NCBI GenBank assembly: GCA_950097015.1
Contig: CATNEN010000039.1
Coordinates: 124,001 to 188,000, forward strand
DNA: 64,000 nt
Direction of reading: 5' to 3'
Source: Macrostomum hystrix
Taxonomy: Eukaryota; Animalia; Platyhelminthes
Shown: positions 61,076 through 64,000 of the stretch, piece after piece
Layout: each line of letters opens with the position of its first letter
How positions within the stretch are numbered: the first letter of the stretch is position 1
Notes under the pieces: generated by a model
Database searches by the model: none
What the model saw: the letters and a program-made list of their open reading frames with translations, nothing else
Told to the model about the DNA's origin: nothing
Made by a program: the position numbers and the translations under genes

Positions 61076-63336
61076 ATGAAGAGGCTCCGAAATTTCTTTC
61101 GCCGAAGCGGGCCGCGGCATCAAAATCAGCCGCCACAGAGTGCTCCCAGTCCCAGCGATCGCTGGCTATCCGAACCGGAATTGACGCTCCGCTTTGGTGA
61201 ATCTTTAGATGCTCAGCTGGTCATTGACGTTAGCGGTGGCAGCGGTGATGCATCTAGCTCAGCTGATGCCAGCTGCAGTGGCCTATCGTTGACTCTGGCC
61301 GGCAGCCTGGGCCGAAATGCGCCCGTCGGCTCGCTAAGTGATTTTAAAGCTCGGCTGGTAGGGCTGGTGAGTGCCGCTTCACACTGCTGTCTTGGACCGA
61401 ATAAATCCAATAAGCCTGTAGGCAACGTGGCACTCATGCTTTGCCTCATGAGACTGAAACCTTCAGTGTCTGCCTTCAAAAACGCAGTTCCGAGCACACC
61501 AGTGTCGTTTTATAAAGCCCTGGCACATCTGCTTAACCGCTAAACTTCATATATTTGCCTTTACGTAGGAGCAGAAGTTCCAGGACCAGCAACAGCCCAT
61601 TGTTCCGGGCCATCGGCCGCCATCCAGGCCCCGACCTGAGCGATCGCCATCGGGCTGCTATAGTGGCACTTCTGTAGCGGCAATTTCTACCTCGGACGAC
61701 GAAGGCCTTCCAAAAAGCCCACAGGCTGCAATCGCCAGCATAGGCGGGGCCAGCAGAACTGGCTGTGGTAGTCGTTCCACCTCCACTCGGTCGCTGCTAT
61801 CCTACGGCTCCTCCTCCCTTGCTGACGAGGCTGCCCCGGATAACGCTTACGCGGATGCGGCTTCGCAACCGCTAGACCACTCGGCCGCCCACCACCGTAT
61901 GGCCGTGCGCCGACGCCGTCCGTCTGCGCGACCACCGCCTGCCGCGTCAGACGCAGTCATCAACACTTCTTCAGGTTGTCAACCGACTATCGCAGCCTCC
62001 CCGACTGCTGCAACATCTGCGACCCAGCTGCTTCCTCAGCTGCTCGACTTCATCCGAGAGGAAACCGCTATGCAGACTGCCAAGGCTATGCTACCGATCG
62101 TGGAGCCACTGCCTACGGCTACCACCGGTAGCGCGATTCGGACGACACCTGCCGTTATTGTAAAACGCCGCCCGGTCGACACATATGTTGCAGCAAGTTT
62201 TTCCGCAGCACCGGAGTTTCTAACACGAAGGCGCCTGCGGCCTGTGGCTTCGGTGAATACGTCACAACCAGATGATGAATTGACAATCGCACAGGTCGAA
62301 GCTTCTGACGCCAAGCTGGTGAGAATTGCCATTCTCATCCGAGTTGCCTACTTCATTTTAGGTTTTTCACCGAAATGAATTGCATTTCAAGACAGTCCAT
62401 ATGTACGAGTATTATTATGTCCCTATTTGCATACCAGTAATAAACCAGAAGCCAGAAGCTGCAAGCATACGTAAATGTGGTAGGCACACGTTTCTGCATA
62501 GTCACGATGTAACCAAGACATGTTTACCTTGGAGAGATGCATTATATTTTAAAACTAGCGAACGGGCGCTTTGGGTAAGCATTTGTTAAATAGATTAGTG
62601 GGCAAAGTTGAAAAAAATTGGGACCTGTATTGAGTGTGAAATTAAAACACAGACAACCATTCATAAATATCAGGGAGGCAGCCAGACAAAGAGTTAATCT
62701 ACTGAAATGAAGATAAGAACGTGAACGTAAAAAAGTGCAGGGAAGTGCATTAATTTTATTATTGAATAGATAAACAGGATAAAAACCGACTGACAGCGAA
62801 AAAAATGAAAATAATATAACGCAAATTCTGGTTATGTTTAGAAAAAGAACGTACTGCAGTGCTTAATGCCGCTCTCTAGAACTGCTCTGCCTATCCATTA
62901 AGCCAAAAAATGCAGGTGCAGAATCTAAACGACATGTGGGTCAGAAATCGTGTCTGCTGCAATCTTTCTTCCCATCAGTGTCAGGACTTGAGAAAAGCAT
63001 TTAGTGCTGCAATTCAAAATAATTTACCAGCTATACTGTGATCCCATTGTGGAATCTTGGTCAAGCTCAAAATATCATTAGTGCTCCTCGATCGATTACA
63101 GTGCTATGAGCTTAATTTTATTCTAAATTCAAATAGATTTATGGATCTCCGAATCCATTGAATCAATTAACTGATTTTATCATGGCATGAATGTTGGAAC
63201 CCATTTAACTCTCTTGCAGGTCTCACAAAATCAGTCGCCTCGACTGTCGTCTGTCGTCAAGGGTTCGAATCCCGTTGCGACAGACAGCAACCGAAACTCT
63301 CGTGTGCTGGAGATAGTCAGACGGTTGGAGACCTGA
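61076..63336 (+). CDS. Uncharacterised protein, ~385 aa, 3 exons
   Basis: Exons 61076-61366, 61569-62318 and 63220-63336 joined by phase-0 GT-AG introns with good splice sites. GC-rich coding-like composition; no domain recognised. Confidence 0.7.
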
Positions 63337-64000
63337 AACCGGACAGTGGATTAGGAAAATAAAGCGAATAAAAACTTTCTTACTCACTCTAAGTATAGTA
63401 AATTTGCTATATTTTTCTACTGCATATTGGTGGCGTTTTGCCACTGATGCCAGCTGCACGATCGCTACTTCTCTTGCTACCAGTTTTCCTGTCGCATATA
63501 TTCTCTACTCAATAGTCCAATTGCGGGTTGAATTAGTGGCTGCACAAATCCTGCTTTATTTTACCGCCTGCCTGTTGTCGCCTGGGCCAAGGGCAGTTGG
63601 CTTTACATTTTGAGAGTTGTTGATTATAAGTGTGCAATAAACAGTTCAGGAATACTGAAAAACTACATCTGCTTGTTTTTGTCTGTACTCACTGGCCTCA
63701 ATTCGTTTCCTCCTTGCTGCGGCTGCTCAAATGCTCAGCGCTTTATTCTCCAGTCATTTTTCTGCTCTGTTACAATCTCTGTTGGTCTAACGAGTTTATT
63801 ATATTTTTATCCTATTTTGTACTTTTTTGTCTTGCGCTATCCGCTCTTTGTTCGTTTGCGTTTGCTACTCTCAAGTAGTGCAATTAAAATTAATTTTTAA
63901 GTGCCGGGTGGCATTCCCTGCTTTTAATCTCAGCTGCTAGTCGAACTAAAATTGATTTAGGATGCTAAAAACTTAAATACAAGTTTTTAAAAGTCATAAG

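Noticed and set aside
62250-62318. Tropomodulin-like domain start
   Set aside because: Only a vague resemblance; the next exon has no LRRs and ends after 38 codons.
63253-63281. tRNA gene (GGTTCGAATCCC T-loop)
   Set aside because: No cloverleaf or A-box, and it lies within the last exon of the orphan gene.

Overview
Eukaryotic (animal) genomic DNA with GT-AG introns. Gene content and style suggest an invertebrate, possibly a free-living flatworm such as Macrostomum; this is an inference only. Five host genes can be assembled by hand: DNAJC2/zuotin-like (-), a Venus kinase receptor (VFT + TM + tyrosine kinase, -, spanning ~21 kb), a MEP-1-like C2H2 zinc-finger gene (-), a KANSL1/NSL1-like PEHE gene (+) and a 3-exon orphan gene (+). 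Introns and intergenic DNA are densely packed with transposons: a decayed Gypsy, an RNase H-bearing LINE split by a SINE, a 6.4-kb CMC/CACTA-like element carrying a BEN-domain gene and a nested mariner, an 8.4-kb block bounded by long mariner TIRs, several MITEs, and an intact Mag-type Gypsy with apparently identical LTRs. The 8.4-kb block holds two divergent DUF3504 (Crypton-type) tyrosine recombinase genes, a TRIM-like LTR element and a chimeric transposase mosaic. The most novel-looking items are the paired Crypton recombinases, the BEN-carrying non-autonomous CACTA-like element, and two CpG-depleted domains that may record DNA methylation. All family calls come from motif recognition by eye; no database search was run.
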